A DNA stretch of 64,000 bases from Chrysomallon squamiferum (Eukaryota > Animalia > Mollusca). The stretch spans positions 5,766,001 to 5,830,000 of the forward strand of contig CM022677.1 of assembly GCA_012295275.1 (NCBI GenBank), read 5' to 3'. Both the position numbers and the translations under genes were made by a program. The stretch's first letter is position 1. Every line of letters starts with the position of its first letter. The notes beneath the pieces were generated by a model that saw only the letters and a program-made list of their open reading frames with translations, was not told the origin of the DNA and searched no databases. Shown here in pieces: positions 45,349 through 61,048 of the stretch.

Positions 45349-45580
45349 GTGTGTGTGTCTGCAATCGTTTTAGCTGTTAAATATAGAGTATCTTCTTATT
45401 GAAAATATTTTTTGGAAAGGGGTCATGAAAGATTCATGTTAGTTTATTGTTAAATTTCTTGTTTTTATTAAATTAACTAAGAATTTAAAACAGAGATAAA
45501 GTGAACGATATCAACCGATTCGTAAATTGTTGGAGAATGTTAAATTATTGTTAACTCGTATTATACAGAACAACCATACA

Positions 45581-45614
<34 letters not shown>

Positions 45615-45712
45615 TTTGAAAATACAAAATTTGAAATGATTTGGTATCGTGAAGTAATGATACTGATGTAATCCAGTCCATACGGGAAGTTGTCACAAAA
45701 GGAAAGAAAAAA

Positions 45713-45760
<48 letters not shown>

Positions 45761-46471
45761 TAAATAAATAAAACAATACAGAACATTTGTGATAAGTTAT
45801 TGGTTAATTATATTTTCAAGGTTCAGTCACCATTAATAAAGTAACATGTTAATTTCTATATTGGTACATTAACAATCTAACATTGAGCTGTAATTTAAAA
45901 TGGCTAAATGGATAGTCCTTATTACAGTAATACTAATTAGTTGATATTGTTCTTGTTTTTTGTCGTTTTTTTCTGTTGTTGTGTTTTGTTTTTGGAAATT
46001 TTTATATTTGTAAAATATCTAATATTGAATTTCTTCTCGTGATAATTATTTTTTAAAAGGTTCATGGAAGATTCAAGTTAGTGTTAAAATTATAATTATA
46101 TGATATCAAATTTGGTAAGTGTTTGAGAACGAAAAGCTTATTATTAATTCTCAGTTTTCTCTGTTCTTATATTTCAAAAATAAACAAGCTCACTGGTCAA
46201 TGTCATGCTACTTTAGGATTAGTCATCGTCACATGATCTAGACATGTACCTCCTTGAAATACTTAACATGAGTTTTGTCACGTAGACGTGAATTAGCAAA
46301 GAACACACTTTGTTATACAAATCTTTATTATTTTAATTTTGGCCAAGTTTAAAAATAAGCGATTAAATAGAAATTTTGTGCTGATTTGTGAGTGCGGTTC
46401 TTCAAATATGTTTGGCTTTTTTTAAATAGTTTATTATAAGGTGTGTGTAATTGTCTCTCTCTCTCGCGCGC

Positions 46472-46521
<50 letters not shown>

Positions 46522-47702
46522 CGCATTAATATGTATTTTCTTCAAATTAAAATTATTTTTGTCAAAAGGTCATGAAAAAATCAAGTTAGTTTATTATTAA
46601 ATTACAATATTGCGATGAATTAAGAAATTAAACCAAAGATAAATAGCCCACAGTCAACTGATATAGTAAGTGTTTGAGAATGAAAAATGTATTATTGATA
46701 CTCAGTTTTGTCTGTCGTTACATTTAAAAATAAACAAGCTAAGTGGTCAGTTCTGTCACGTAGACTCGAGATAGCAAATAACACATTTTTCACTGTGTAT
46801 TATGTTTTATTGTAGAAAATGAAATTTGGCTAGCTTTAAAAATGATTTATTTGATGGAGAAATTTTGTTCTCAACTGTGAGAATGGTTGTTCATTGAATT
46901 TTTTTTTTTTTTTTTTTTTTAATTTTAATAGTTTATTGTTTGAGTAATTTACTGTCATATTTAGTAAGCGAGGTATTCCGAAGTTCCGAATAATAATAAT
47001 AATAATAATCATAACAATAAATGCTTTAATGTAACAACACATACTCCACATCAAACACTTTCTACATCTACAGTAACATACTTTAATTGCCAACAAATAC
47101 AGAAAGAAAATACATTAAAAAGTCAGACATACGTTAAAACGGTCACTAACATTTACTTAACAACAGTCGTTAAAACTTTCACGGGCGTAACCGAAGCAAC
47201 CGTGGAAAATATCAGTATTAGTTCTGATGAGGAAATTAACAAAATTCCTGTTCATTAATTGAAATTATCGTTAGCAAAAGGAAATAGAATGATTGCATCG
47301 TGGAAAGATTTCTGTTATGTCTCTTCTAATTATCACATTTCAGTTGTTTGAGAGAGTGTGGCTTCCTTGCTGTATAGTTTATTACAAACAAAGCAAGTGT
47401 TTGTTTTTCTTTTTTGTTTTTAAATTATGCTTTATATAGAAACATACGCAGCACATCTGCTGTGTTTTTTTTTATATATAATACTCGCTCACGTTTACTC
47501 AACAACAGACGTTAAAATTATCACAGGTGGAGCCAAAGCAAGGTTGAGTTGTAAACGAGGAGAATTGAAACCTGTATAGTTACACCATTCAAGATAAAAT
47601 CGCTAATACTGCCTAGTTTTGTTTGTTAAACACTAGGTGAGATTTCAAAGTTTAATGTCAAACCATACTTCATAAATATTGTAGTTGTTCTGATTTTTAT
47701 TG

Positions 47703-47738
<36 letters not shown>

Positions 47739-48311
47739 ATCGAATTATATATTTTTATACACAACAACAACAACAACAAATTAGAATACAGCCAGTAACA
47801 TCCACTATAGGAATAATAATAATAATAATAATAATAAGAAGAAGAAGAAGAAGAAGAAAGATTAAAAAGTGCGAATAAGAGAAGCGATGTTTAAGTATAA
47901 ACACTGATGACAAACGAGCAGTTTGTAAAAATAATAATGTGTACTTTGTTCAGTTGTCTTTTGATATAGTCGATGGATGAATAAAATGTTTACGAAATAA
48001 CCGACTATTTGAAAATACAGAACTGAAATTAATTTGGTATCGTCAAATATTGATGCCGAAGATGCAGAAAAGGAGGAATGATTATGGCAAGTCATTGGCT
48101 CAAAAATATTTTGAAATTTTAGTCACCGTTAATAAACAAACAAGGTAATTTCTACATATTCTTTTATTACAATTATAATCTAATACTGAGCTGCAATTTA
48201 AAACTGCTAAAATTGATATTCCTTATTTCAGTTTTATTTTTTTAATAATTTTATTCTTGTTTTTTAGTTTTAATTTTTAACTTTGTGTTTGTTTTGATTT
48301 TGCAATTATTA

Positions 48312-48363
<52 letters not shown>

Positions 48364-48847
48364 AACTGTTTAATATTCAGTATATTCTGGCTAAAATTAT
48401 TTTTGACAAGCGGTTACGAAAGATTTAAGTTAGTTTATTGTTGAATATCTTGTTTTCATTAAATTACGTGATTAAGAAAATTAAATTAAAGATAACTACT
48501 ACGATATCATCTGATCTGGTAAATGTTTGATAATGAAAACTTTATTATTAATACTCAGTAGTTTTCTGTCGTTATATTTTAAACTAAACAATGTCACTGT
48601 TGCTTATTTTTGTCATGTAGACACTAATTAGGAAAGAACAGACATTATTGTTGTACAAGTGTTTATTGTTTTTATTATTGAAAATAAAATTTGGCCAGTT
48701 TTAAAATTAAGTGTAATAGCGGAGAATTCTTGTGTTCAACTGTGATTGTTAACTTTAAAATTAAAAGTTTTATCCTCTATGTATATCACTGTCATGTTTA
48801 AATATTTCAAATATGATACCGTACAGTGAGTCTGGTATGCCGAAGAT

Positions 48848-48899
<52 letters not shown>

Positions 48900-50209
48900 T
48901 GTGGCAACTCATGCTCCTAATGTGGTGTTTTCTGTAACACTTTAATTAGCGATACAAACGAAATTACATTAAATACTCGCTAAGTCAGACGTACAACAAA
49001 ACGCTCGGTAACATTTACTAAATAACAGACGTTAAAACTATCAAAGGCTTAGCTAAAAGCAGCGAACCGTGGAGAAATATCGTCATAGCGTCGAAAAAGA
49101 AATTTACAAAATTTGTTTATTAAATGAAATCATTGATAGGAAAAAGAAATGTAATGATTCCGTTCTGGAAAAATTCCTGTCGTAACCCTTCTCATTATCC
49201 TTCTTTCGCTGTTTGATAGTCTCTGATTTATGAACCGTACAGTGTATTAAAAGGAAAAGAAGCTATTTTTTCTTCTATTTTTAGTTTTTGTTTAGTTTTT
49301 TGTTGTTGTTTTGTTTTTTAAAGTATAAAACTGGTCAATATTATCAATGTAAATTCAGTGTGGCTCGAATCTTATAATGCGAAAAAAGAAAATTATTATT
49401 ATTATTGACTTATTTCCCTTATATTTTCTCGTTCTGTATGTCTGTTTCTCTCTCCCACTTTGGAGAGTTTGTGTGTGTGTGTGTGGGGGAGGTGCGTGGG
49501 TGCGGTTGTGCTTGTGTTCTAATTTGTATATAGATACATTTATCCAATAAAGATGACAAAATACTTTTTACCCAAACACCTGTGTCTGTGTAAAACTGAT
49601 ATAAACACTTTTATTAGAGCAGTCATATTACTTGTACCATGAGAGAGAAGTTGTCAGATAATCACACACACACACGCACACACACACACATACACACAAA
49701 CACACATATCAGCCTTATTCTTGTAATCCTAAATAACACAAAAATTAAATGTAATTAACTGTTTTCTTTCTCAGTTTGACCGCTCTCGAGAGTAAAACCT
49801 TCACTCGTGTTTATTTTGTTTTTGCTCTACATTTTTAAAATAATTATATAAAACTATTTTAAGACCAAAACCAGAAGTAACTGAGTAATAAATATATATG
49901 TGCGTATGTATATGTGTGTGTATGAATGTATGTATGTATGCATGCATGTATGTCTCTATATATGTATGTATGCATGTGTTTGTGTCTGTGTGTGTGTATG
50001 TATGTGTCTGTGTTTGTACCGATAAACCAGTTATTTTAATTTTATTTTCCTAGTCAAAATCCAGATGTGGATGATTATCTACATGTATTGAAACCAATAA
50101 AAATAATCCACATGGTTACAGAACTGTACTTAGACGTACGTCGTCAAAACGAGGAGATATTCGCGTGATTAGTCCTGTAACTGATATTAATGTTGCACGC
50201 AGAAATACA

Positions 50210-50249
<40 letters not shown>

Positions 50250-50794
50250 ATGTAGCACAACAATAATTAAAATACAGAATTCTTTGTGAGTGAGAATTGG
50301 CGGGGTTTTTTTGTTGTTACTTTTTTGTGCGGTTATTTTTTGGACAAATTTTATTTTTGTTGTTATCTGATCTTTTTTTTTTTTTTTTTTTTTTTTACTT
50401 GTATAACTGTGGTTTGTGTTTTTCTTTATAAAAACAAAAACAAAAAACAACAACAACAACAAACAAATGCGCAGAGACGATTATGAAGTAATACACTAGA
50501 GCAGGCATGGGCAACCTTTTTCGAGAAGCGGACCACATGAGACATGGCCGCAGGTACTAATTTACGCGATTTTGTGTTTTTACGGAGAGTTTTCATTTAC
50601 TTCAGGAACTGTTATAATAAAAAAAAAATTACTTATATTTTAGTATATAAGTAGATACAAAATAGACTCATTTTATAAAATTTGAATTAACGTTATTTTC
50701 CTTGTGAAATTAGGCGGGCCGCAGTGTGCCCATGACTGCTCTAGAGAAACAGGAAAGAAAAATATTATTTGTATTAATTAATTAATTAATTAAT

Positions 50795-50837
<43 letters not shown>

Positions 50838-52125
50838 TTTTTTTTTTTTTTTTTTTATTTATTTATTTTTTTTTTATATTCTTTTTCCCACAGTGTTTTG
50901 TTTCTCTCTATTAGTCGTGTAGAATGCAAACTGCAGATACTTTTATTATTTAAAAAACATTTTGTTTAAACAGCTGATGTTTATTTGATGATACAAACAA
51001 TGTTTATCATATATCAATATTGATAAAGAACTGAACTACTATTGCAGGAAGATAATTAACTAATTGTTGAAGAAAATACTCTTTTTTAATTATTATTATT
51101 GAGTTATTTACTTTATATTGTCTTGTTTCTGTAAGTCCTTGTTCCTATCTGCATTCTAAATAGTTACATCCAGTAAAGATGATAAAGTAATGTGCATGTC
51201 TGATACAAATAATTTTATTACACCAGTTAATTCAGACCTAACATGACTATACTTAATGTGTATAGTAGCGACTTTGATGGTTTATATATGACGTTGTCAA
51301 AACAATCTTATTAATACATATTTCTATAGTGAAATTTATAACATAAAACTAGCTAATATACCTATATATATATATATATATTTTTGTATGTTTACGGTCT
51401 TTACATATCTGATTTATCGTCGGAAGATAAGATTACTGAAAGTCAGCAAGGGATTAGATATTTGACCTGAGCAATGAAACTGGTTGCTGCCTTTAGGTGT
51501 CTGATTTAGACTCAAAGATAAGAAAGCTGAACTGCACAGAGTCATTCGATACGTTAAGACAATAACCAGTTTGTCCTTTGTTTGTGCAATCCTGAATATC
51601 GCCAAAAAATAAAACGAAAATAAATTGTCGCTGTAAATAAAGAACAATGTAGTTTTTAAGTAACTTTAGTTTATAGCTTTTTTAAATGAAAACAATTTTT
51701 TACTTCTTGTTTTTTTAGACTGAACAAATAACTGAACAATATATATGTGTTTATATATGCACGTATTTGTTCGTGTTTGTGTGTGTGTCTGTACCCGACA
51801 TAAACGGATTGCAATGATCACGAGAAATTTTACTATGTTAAAGTTGTTTATAGATAGCTGTAATTTGACGAAAGGAGAAAAAAGAAGTAACGAAAGAAAG
51901 AGAAACAACTTGCATTTACCTGTCACTGATAGATAAGATAATAGAAATATATTATTTATTTATTTATTTATTATTATTATTTTGTACTAACTTTCAAGAT
52001 TGACATGAGATATCTGGATGCTAGTGAAGTGAGCTTTATTCAGATATTGAAACAGAAAATTATATCAGGACAAAAAAACAAAACAAAAAAACATAAAAAA
52101 TTGGAAAAATAAATTAAAATGAAAA

Positions 52126-52156
<31 letters not shown>

Positions 52157-53150
52157 ATGTGAAACCTATAACTGAATGAAAGATTAGAAAACAAAATATG
52201 TTTACGAGTTAGTGTACTCAAGAAGGCTGAATGAAGGTTGAACGTTGTGTGACTGAGAAATCAAATTGAATAATTAAACACAAAAATGTCTGCCCTAAAT
52301 TCTCAACACTGAAACAGAGTAGTCTTCCTTGCTGGATGTACAACATAAATCTTAATAACAATAATAACTCTGTGTGTGTGTGTGTGGTGTGTGTGTGTGT
52401 GGGTGTGTGTTATTTTAAGCTATATATCAGCTTATTATAAGAAATCGTTACATAGCTCGTACTTGTATACTGCTCATATCTTTCTGAGCAAGTATAAAAA
52501 GCAGTTTGACAAGCCTGTTACACTTAGAACTGATGTGAAAAGTGTTTATATTGCAATGAAAGGCACCAGACAGACACACTACGTGCAAACGTGTAACGTG
52601 TCATCTTACAGGAATATCTACCTAACCAGACGATTCACAGAGCGAGCAGACGGCGTAGAATTTGTGTCAGTTCGTTATTTGACAAGATTCCGGTTTTATT
52701 TTGGATCCATAGATAGGGAAACCTAATACTACACTTACTTTATTATATTTTATTTTATCACGTTTGCGTTTTCATTTATAAACAATACATCAGTAATTAT
52801 GAATTAATAAAACTACATTATAGATAAATAAATAAATAATGATTTTTTAAATTATTATAATCTTTTTAGTATATCTTTTTCATCGAATAATAAAACTTCA
52901 AAATGTATATTTGTATATATGGAAACTGTATAATAATAATAATAAATAAGAACCATCTACGGATATGTTGTTCAGTTATCTCATAAAGAAGTCGATAGAG
53001 GAATAAATAACTACGGAATAACTGATTATTTAAAAATACAAAGTTAAGATTAATTGGTTCTGTCAAATGTAAATGCTGATGAAAATTAGTTTATTCAGAA
53101 AGTTACAAAAAGTGTAGAATAATTATGATTAGCACTTAATAGTTTCAGTA
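45100..53150 (+). repeat. Older, diverged array of the same modules found in the inverted arms (left-arm orientation)
   Basis: GGTCATGAAAGATTCA-type modules at ~45420, 46060, 46567, 48410. TTTGTCACGTAGAC-type at ~46273, 46755, 48610. GACGTTAAAACTATCA-type at ~47165, 47508, 49028. GGTTGAGTTGTAAAC at 47542. CAGATGTGGATGATT at 50062. Confidence 0.85.
50502..50738. mobile_element. hAT (Charlie-type) MITE, 237 bp, with 8-bp TSD
   Basis: TIRs CAGGCATGGGCA / TGCCCATGACTG. Flanks CACTAGAG (50494-50501) and CTCTAGAG (50739-50746) fit the NTCTAGAN target preference of Charlie elements. Subterminal GCGGGCCGCA. Confidence 0.9.
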
Positions 53151-53203
53151 TAATATAGTTTCATATTTAGAACAGATTACTTTTTTCTTCTTTTTTTCTT
53201 GTA

Positions 53204-53903
53204 TAGTTGTATCATGACTTACGAGTTTAATTGGTGACCGAAGTCGTAACTCAATTTGCTCTTATATCAAATCGATTTTCCTAAATGAAATTAACTAAAA
53301 TACCTTTAATCCGTTCCAGGCCCCCCAAAAGCTTTTTTTTTTTTTTTTTTTTTTTAACGTGTTTTTAAATAAGAAAAATGTATGTATAAATGAAAAATAT
53401 TGTATAAATACAAAATAAAAGAGAATGTAAAGAAACAAAGTGGTTTTGTAAAATGTACAGGGTTAGGGGTTCTCCATTTTTTCATGGACAGAGTCCGCAG
53501 CTTAGAAATTATTTTATCGCCTTTGTCGAATCTTACTGGTTCAGTATGCTACATATTGTAGAATTACTACGCTCGTACTGCCTAGAGAAATTGACTACAC
53601 GCACACCTGGCTCATGTTCTTCTATGATTTCATGCTTTAATTCAATCAACACCAGAGCTTCTTCTTCTCACACTGTCCTGTGCTCTCACTTTCTTAAGAT
53701 CCATGGAAATTTGTCAAAATACTGTACACAACGCAAGCACAGCACAACAGAGATGCTTCCTACGTGAAGCAAACGAGTGAGACGCGGGATGCTGTGCGGA
53801 CGTTGTGTTTGTTCATTGCGCCAATTAGCGATGGCGTATCTGAAGTTCGCCCGTAACTCGGATTTAAACTCACAACTCACAGCAATAACTCGAGGCACTA
53901 CTT
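53204..53903 (-). mobile_element. Internally deleted Tigger/pogo element
   Basis: Degenerate TIRs TA|TAGTTGTATCATGACTTACGAG ... ATAACTCGAGGCACTACTT|TA (consensus-like CAGTAGTACCTCGACTTA), subterminal CGTAACTC repeats, and a transposase N-terminal relic. Confidence 0.88.
53468..53704 (-). pseudogene. Tigger (TIGD1-like) transposase N-terminal HTH relic
   Basis: With frameshifts and stops: MDLKKVRAQDSV...LIELKHEIIEEHEPGVRVVNFSRQYERSNSTICSILNQ*DSTKA...KIISKLRT.VHEKMEN. This matches the CENP-B/psq-type HTH start of Tigger transposases. Confidence 0.88.
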
Positions 53904-54449
53904 TATTTATTTATTTATTTATTTATGTTTTAATTATTTTTATTTTTATTTTATTTATTTATTAATTTATTTGTTTATTTATTTATTTATTTATTTATTT
54001 ATTCATTTATTTTTTTTTTTATTTATTCATTTATTTTTTTTTTTTTTCTTAAAGTAACAGTGACCTTGCCCAGTGAGCTTGTTTATTTTACTTATAGAAT
54101 GCAGAGAGACTGAACCAAGACTTACAGAAAAAAACGAAAAACAACAACAATAAAAATAACACTGATTTACATTAGTATCAATACTTGATAAAACAAACTG
54201 ATTTCAGTTTTGTACTTTTAAATAATCTGTTATTTCGTAGACATTTTATTCCTCTTTCGATAATTTAAACCATTACTGGTGCCATCTTTGTCCGTTTCTA
54301 AAACTTCGGGAAGTTAATACAACGTAAAATTAAATATACTGGATTATTATTATTATTATAGTTATTATTATTAAATCGAATTATATATTTGAATATAGAA
54401 TAATAATGATGATGATGATGATAATACACTTTTTGTTCTTATGTTTATT

Positions 54450-55622
54450 GCTTTAATGAAGATATTGTTCACGATTGCTTTGGCTCCGCCTATGATAGTT
54501 TTAACGTCCGTTGTTGAGTACATGTAGTGACCGTTTTAATGTACGTCTGACTAGTTTATTTTAAAATCAAACGACAGAGAAAACTGAGTATTAATGATAA
54601 ATGTTTCATTCCCAAGCATTTACCAAATCAGTTGAAATTGTATAATTTGTCTCTGATTGAATTGATTAATTTATAGCAATATTGTAATTTAATAAATAAA
54701 ATCACTTAATGTAAACAAGAAATTTGACAATTAACTAACTTGAATCTTTCATGACCGCTTGTCAAAACATGGTTCTAACTCCATATTAAACACTTTACAA
54801 ATAATAATAATAATTACAAAAACAGAGAAATATCAAAGACAAATATCATGAACAAAATAAACTAATGAATATAATTGTAATAAGGAATATCCATTTTAGC
54901 CATTTTAAATTACAGCTCAGTTTTAGATTATAATTAAATCAAATCAGTATATAGAAATTAACGTTATTTTATTAACACTGAACATATTTTTATCATACTA
55001 ATTCTATATTTTGTGCAACTTCCCGAATAGACTGAATTACATCAGCATTGATATTTGACGAAATCAATTAATATAAATTTGTATTTTCAAATAATTCCGT
55101 AGACATTTTATTCTTCCCCAGACTATTTTTTAAAACAACTGAACAAAGTAAATATTATTGTTTATACAAATTGCTCATTCGTCAACAACGTAACTTATAC
55201 TTCGACCACGATTCTCTTATTCGCGCCATTTGTCTTTCTTCTTATTATCATTATCATCATCTTTTCTATTCTATATGCAAAGATATAATTCGATTTAATA
55301 ATAATAACTATAATAATAATAATAATAATTATAACAACAACAACAATAATAATAACAACAACAACCACAATACTGAACTGTAGTTTGACATTAAAGTTTG
55401 AAATCTGATCCAGTTTCACAGACAAAACAAGGCAGTATCAGTCATATTTTCTAACAGTGAGTGTAACTACAAAGGGCCCAAATTACTGTTAACAGTTCAA
55501 CCGTGAACATGGTTAACGTGCGATCTATACATGTGCTACGTACAGTACAAATATAAAAATAATAATTTTAAAAAAAGGCGATCTGTGTAGCTATACATAA
55601 ACTATTCACAGTAAAAAATAAA

Positions 55623-55670
<48 letters not shown>

Positions 55671-55905
55671 GAAGTATAAATAAGAAGAAGAAAAAGAAGA
55701 ACTACAACAACAGTAAGTGCAGTGATTATGATATTAAGAATAATAAGAATGATAATAATATTATGAGTGAAATAAAATAATGAGTTTCTTGAAGCTAAAT
55801 GCAGGTGAAAAGTTACATGCATTCATTCATACATACATATCCATAAAAAGTTAACTTTTCCTCTGTAACATTTAACACAAGATCTATTATTATTATTATT
55901 AGTAT

Positions 55906-55942
<37 letters not shown>

Positions 55943-57172
55943 TTATTTATTTTTTTATTTTTAATACATTGGTCAAAGATGAACCCAAATAGGCAAATCG
56001 ATCAAAATATATATAAAACACCTACATATAAATATATGTAGTTATCAGTCATACATGCAATAGAAAAATAAATGAATACCCCAAATAATAAAAATAAAAT
56101 TCGATAAAAAATAAATAAATAAATAAATAAATAAAAAAAAATAAATAAATAAATAAATAAAAATAGGGAATTCCTCGCACTGAGATATTTCTGAATTTTA
56201 ATTATTGTTGTATATATATATATTTGTTTATTTGTTTAATTATTTTATTTTATTTTATTTTATTTTATTTTATTTTATTTTTTAGATTTCTACATACAGG
56301 ATGAATAACAGTTAGAGGACCGATACGCAAATGTCTCGTCGTTTTGACAATGTACATCTAAGTACAGTTCGTTCTGTAACCACGTTAGTTGATTTTATTG
56401 GTTTTAATAAACGTTTTTCATTGTGTACATAATCATCCACATCTGACCTATGACTATGGACACTGACGACTGACAAAACGACTGAACAACTGTGTTTAAC
56501 TCAGTCTGTGATCTTTCAATGCTGTCAGTCATGTGACACCACGTGCACAAGCCACATTGCTGATTTCTCTTCCAGCTGACGTCAGATCTTTGGCTTCAAG
56601 TTTTAATAAAGAACTTTTAGGACCCACACAGTTTGAGGTTATCTTTGAGGTCACATTTATTTGAGTACAGCTAGATCGTTACGATGTTTTTGAAATTTGT
56701 TGAAACTGGTTTGCATGCAGGGTAAGAAAGAATCTGAAAGACTGTGGGGGGGGGGTGGAAGGTACCAACTACGTGTACTAAACTGTAATATCGTGCTTTA
56801 AAACGTTCCCCAGAATATCGAATTAATATCTTAAATTTATTTATTTCTCTCATGTTTAAGAACTGAGTAAGTAATTAAATAAGTAATGAGAAATTCTGTT
56901 TTAAAACCATTCGTATTAACGTTCATTTGTTTATATTTTTTATCTTCTTCTTTCTCATTTTTTTCCCCTCATATTACAATTATCTATAAATAACTTTAAA
57001 TCAAAGGCAAATATCTAATTTCGGGTTTTATTCTTGTTGTGTTGATAAAATAAACTGAAGAGCATCCATGGAGACCTAACATCTTTCTGGACCTTGACCT
57101 TCATTGTTTTTATATTGTTAATTTTCTCTTTTTCATTTCATTCTAACTAGCTGTCAATAGACCTACCTACTA

Positions 57173-57217
<45 letters not shown>

Positions 57218-57274
57218 ATGCATGTCTCTGTGGGTGAGTATGTGTGTGTGTGTGTGTTATGCATGTCCCTGTGG

Positions 57275-57309
<35 letters not shown>

Positions 57310-58163
57310 GCATGTCTGTGGGTGAGTGGGTGTTATTGGATGTCGACCTAAACGTCTGTTTTCTACGTGTATATTGTCTGCAGTTCTTATACATGTGTAT
57401 ACTTACGTTTACGATCGCATATGTATGTGCGTTTGTGCACACGTTTGCGAAAACTCTATTTTAGAAAATGAAATAGTCCACTAAAACAACAAAGAAAAAA
57501 AAAAAATAACAGAGTGAAAATTAATCAATAAACAGTTAACAACCAGCAGAATATTTATACACAATAAAAAATATAATAATAATAATAATAATAAAAAAGT
57601 GAACTGTACTTTAACATTAAAGTTTGAAACCTGACCTACTGTTTGACAGATAACACAAAACGGCAGTGAAATCAATACCTGTGTTACGACATTTTTCAAG
57701 TATCTAACAATGAATGTAACTACAAATTCTTCTTGTTAACCTGTCAATCGTGAAGTCGATTTACGTGCGACCTAAATACCTGCAGAGCTGTTAAACAGAG
57801 TAAAAAACCCACAACAACAACAACAACAACAATAATAATAATAGTGAAATGCAGTTCAATATTAAAGTTTGAAATCTAACCTATTTTCACAGACAGAAAT
57901 AGAGAGTATCAGTCACAGTATTTTTTTTAGTACCCTTATAACGACATATCTCTATTCTCTAGCAATGACTATAACTACACAGGTTTCAAATTCTCCTTGT
58001 TAACAACTCAACCGTGAACACGAGTAACGTGCGATCTGTCAAAGTATCTGCAGAGCTGTTAAACACAATAAACGGCACCCAAAACTCCCCCCAAAAACAC
58101 TAAAAAACCCACAAAAACAAAAACACCAGCAAGAACACCAACATCAACAACGACAACAGCAAG

Positions 58164-58209
<46 letters not shown>

Positions 58210-58325
58210 TAATAACAATAGCAAAAAGTGTTAATAAACAGAAACTATATCGGAAACACTTACTATGCAACGGGTTTATCATGACCGGCGCCATTTTGGA
58301 TTATCCTAAACACCCCCTAACCAAA
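54450..58325 (-). repeat. Third, more diverged partial copy of the arm sequence (direct repeat of ~33280-37343; inverted relative to ~8555-12690)
   Basis: Colinear matches. Mirrored ORFs 55171..55383 vs 34023..34283 and 57481..57699- vs 9234..9431+. About 88-93% identity by eye. Confidence 0.95.
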
Positions 58326-58343
58326 TCAAGGAAAACATGACAC

Positions 58344-58405
<62 letters not shown>

Positions 58406-59369
58406 TGCCACTATTTATTTCAAAACAGCAGTAGACGCAGTAAACAATTTTCTACGTGACTACATAAAAGCGGACGCACTCAGACTTATAATTAATTTTC
58501 TGAAAAGAAATGTGACTTATTATAAATATAATATTGACTGCTGAATCCTAAGTCATATATAGACCATATTTTCAGAGACTGATCGTAGATTGATAATCAG
58601 AGGTATAGGATGGAAGGTTTCTATAGCGGAATTATTTTTTAAATTTAATTTCCTAAACCTTTCGAGAATTTCAGTTAATAAACAGGAACTGTACCATGCA
58701 GTTTGTTTATCGCAGCCGGCGCCATTTTGGATTATACTAATTCCCCGTAATAAAACACAAAGGAAAGTTATCGCACATAAAGGAGAAGAAGAAGAATGTA
58801 AAGAATTCAAGGCATTATATATTTATCCGGATAAAAAAGAATGCATATAACCAGTTTTTTAAAGCATTTTATTTTCTGATACATAACTTAACAACATGCC
58901 GGGGTTTTAAATTAGGCGGATCTGTTCAACCATGTAAAATATAAACCGGGTTACGACCTGGACCGGAAATCGTGGTCAACAGGTGAAAACTTCCGATTAG
59001 AACATAGTAACATATCAGCGTCCGTGCGGATGTAGATACTGGCAAATAAAATTTAATCTTGGAGCAGTAACTGTCTATTTTAGATAACTGTACAAAAACA
59101 AAACCTCAACAAATTATGTTCCTCTCTTTATTCGAACAAAAATTATTGCTGACGATGTTCTCCATTTATATCAGTAAAAAGGTTTTAAAAAATAAATAAA
59201 TAAATAAAAAAATAAATAAATAAAAAAAATAAAAAATAATAAAAAAAAAATAAAAATAATGATGATTGAAGGATTTAGTAAAAACATACTGTTTATTTTT
59301 TTAAATTTATTATTTATTTATTCCTTGCACAGATCTGAACTCAGAGCTCATTATTTCCTTCGGCTTTAT

Positions 59370-59401
<32 letters not shown>

Positions 59402-60121
59402 TTTGATGAACAAGTATGTAGTTACTTTGTAGAATGAACTGAAATGTAACCAAAAAACAAACTAATGTTAAAGGCAAACTCAGACTGATTAAAATCATTA
59501 ACACAAATTACTTCCCTTGAAATCGGTAGTATCAATTTCCTCGAACATAAAATATCAATATTTTCTTTTAAGTAAGATGAGGTCAACACAAAAAAAATAA
59601 AATAAAATAAAAAATAAAATATCAATACCTTTACCTATTGTTTTCAGTGTGATCTCTTGTACTTTCCTTCAGAACACTTTCCCATCCACTTATTTAGTGA
59701 GAACACTGATCGATGTCAAAGTTCATTTCTAATCATTAAAAATCACACACTTTAATCCGAAAAAAAAAAGTGCACACTGGAAAAGGGAAATGTTACTCGT
59801 TATTTGTGGTATACACTGCATGTTCTCCTGAACAAAAGTGTGTCTGAGCTGAACTGGAGGTAAAAAAATCAATTTTCAACTGATTCACGCCTTACGGGCA
59901 GGTGCACAGTGCGGAGACAAACAGCACATTTATCAGCGGCTCCGAGGGCAAGTTTCAAAATGTAAATACTGGGATAAAAAATGATTTTAATGCATTTGAC
60001 AGAAATAACGGAAATCCGAAGAATGTGTTCTAGAGATGGTTGGACAAAAGTGGAGGCAAAATGTATCGATAGATTCAACTTTCAAGTGATCTGTTTGAAA
60101 TAATACATAAAAATAAAAAAA

Positions 60122-60160
<39 letters not shown>

Positions 60161-60299
60161 AAATATAAATAAATAAAAAAAAAAAAAAAGAAGGCGACTA
60201 AACTTTGCAACGGGTTAATACTAAGTCGATGTCGTTTGAACCCTGGCAAAGCAACTTAAAATATGAAGACAGGAAATATTTGATATTATAAAACTTAGT

Positions 60300-61048
<749 letters not shown>

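Noticed and set aside
53453-53965. Plus-strand ORFs of 104 and 62 aa
   Set aside because: They are antisense to, or overlap, the Tigger transposase relic.
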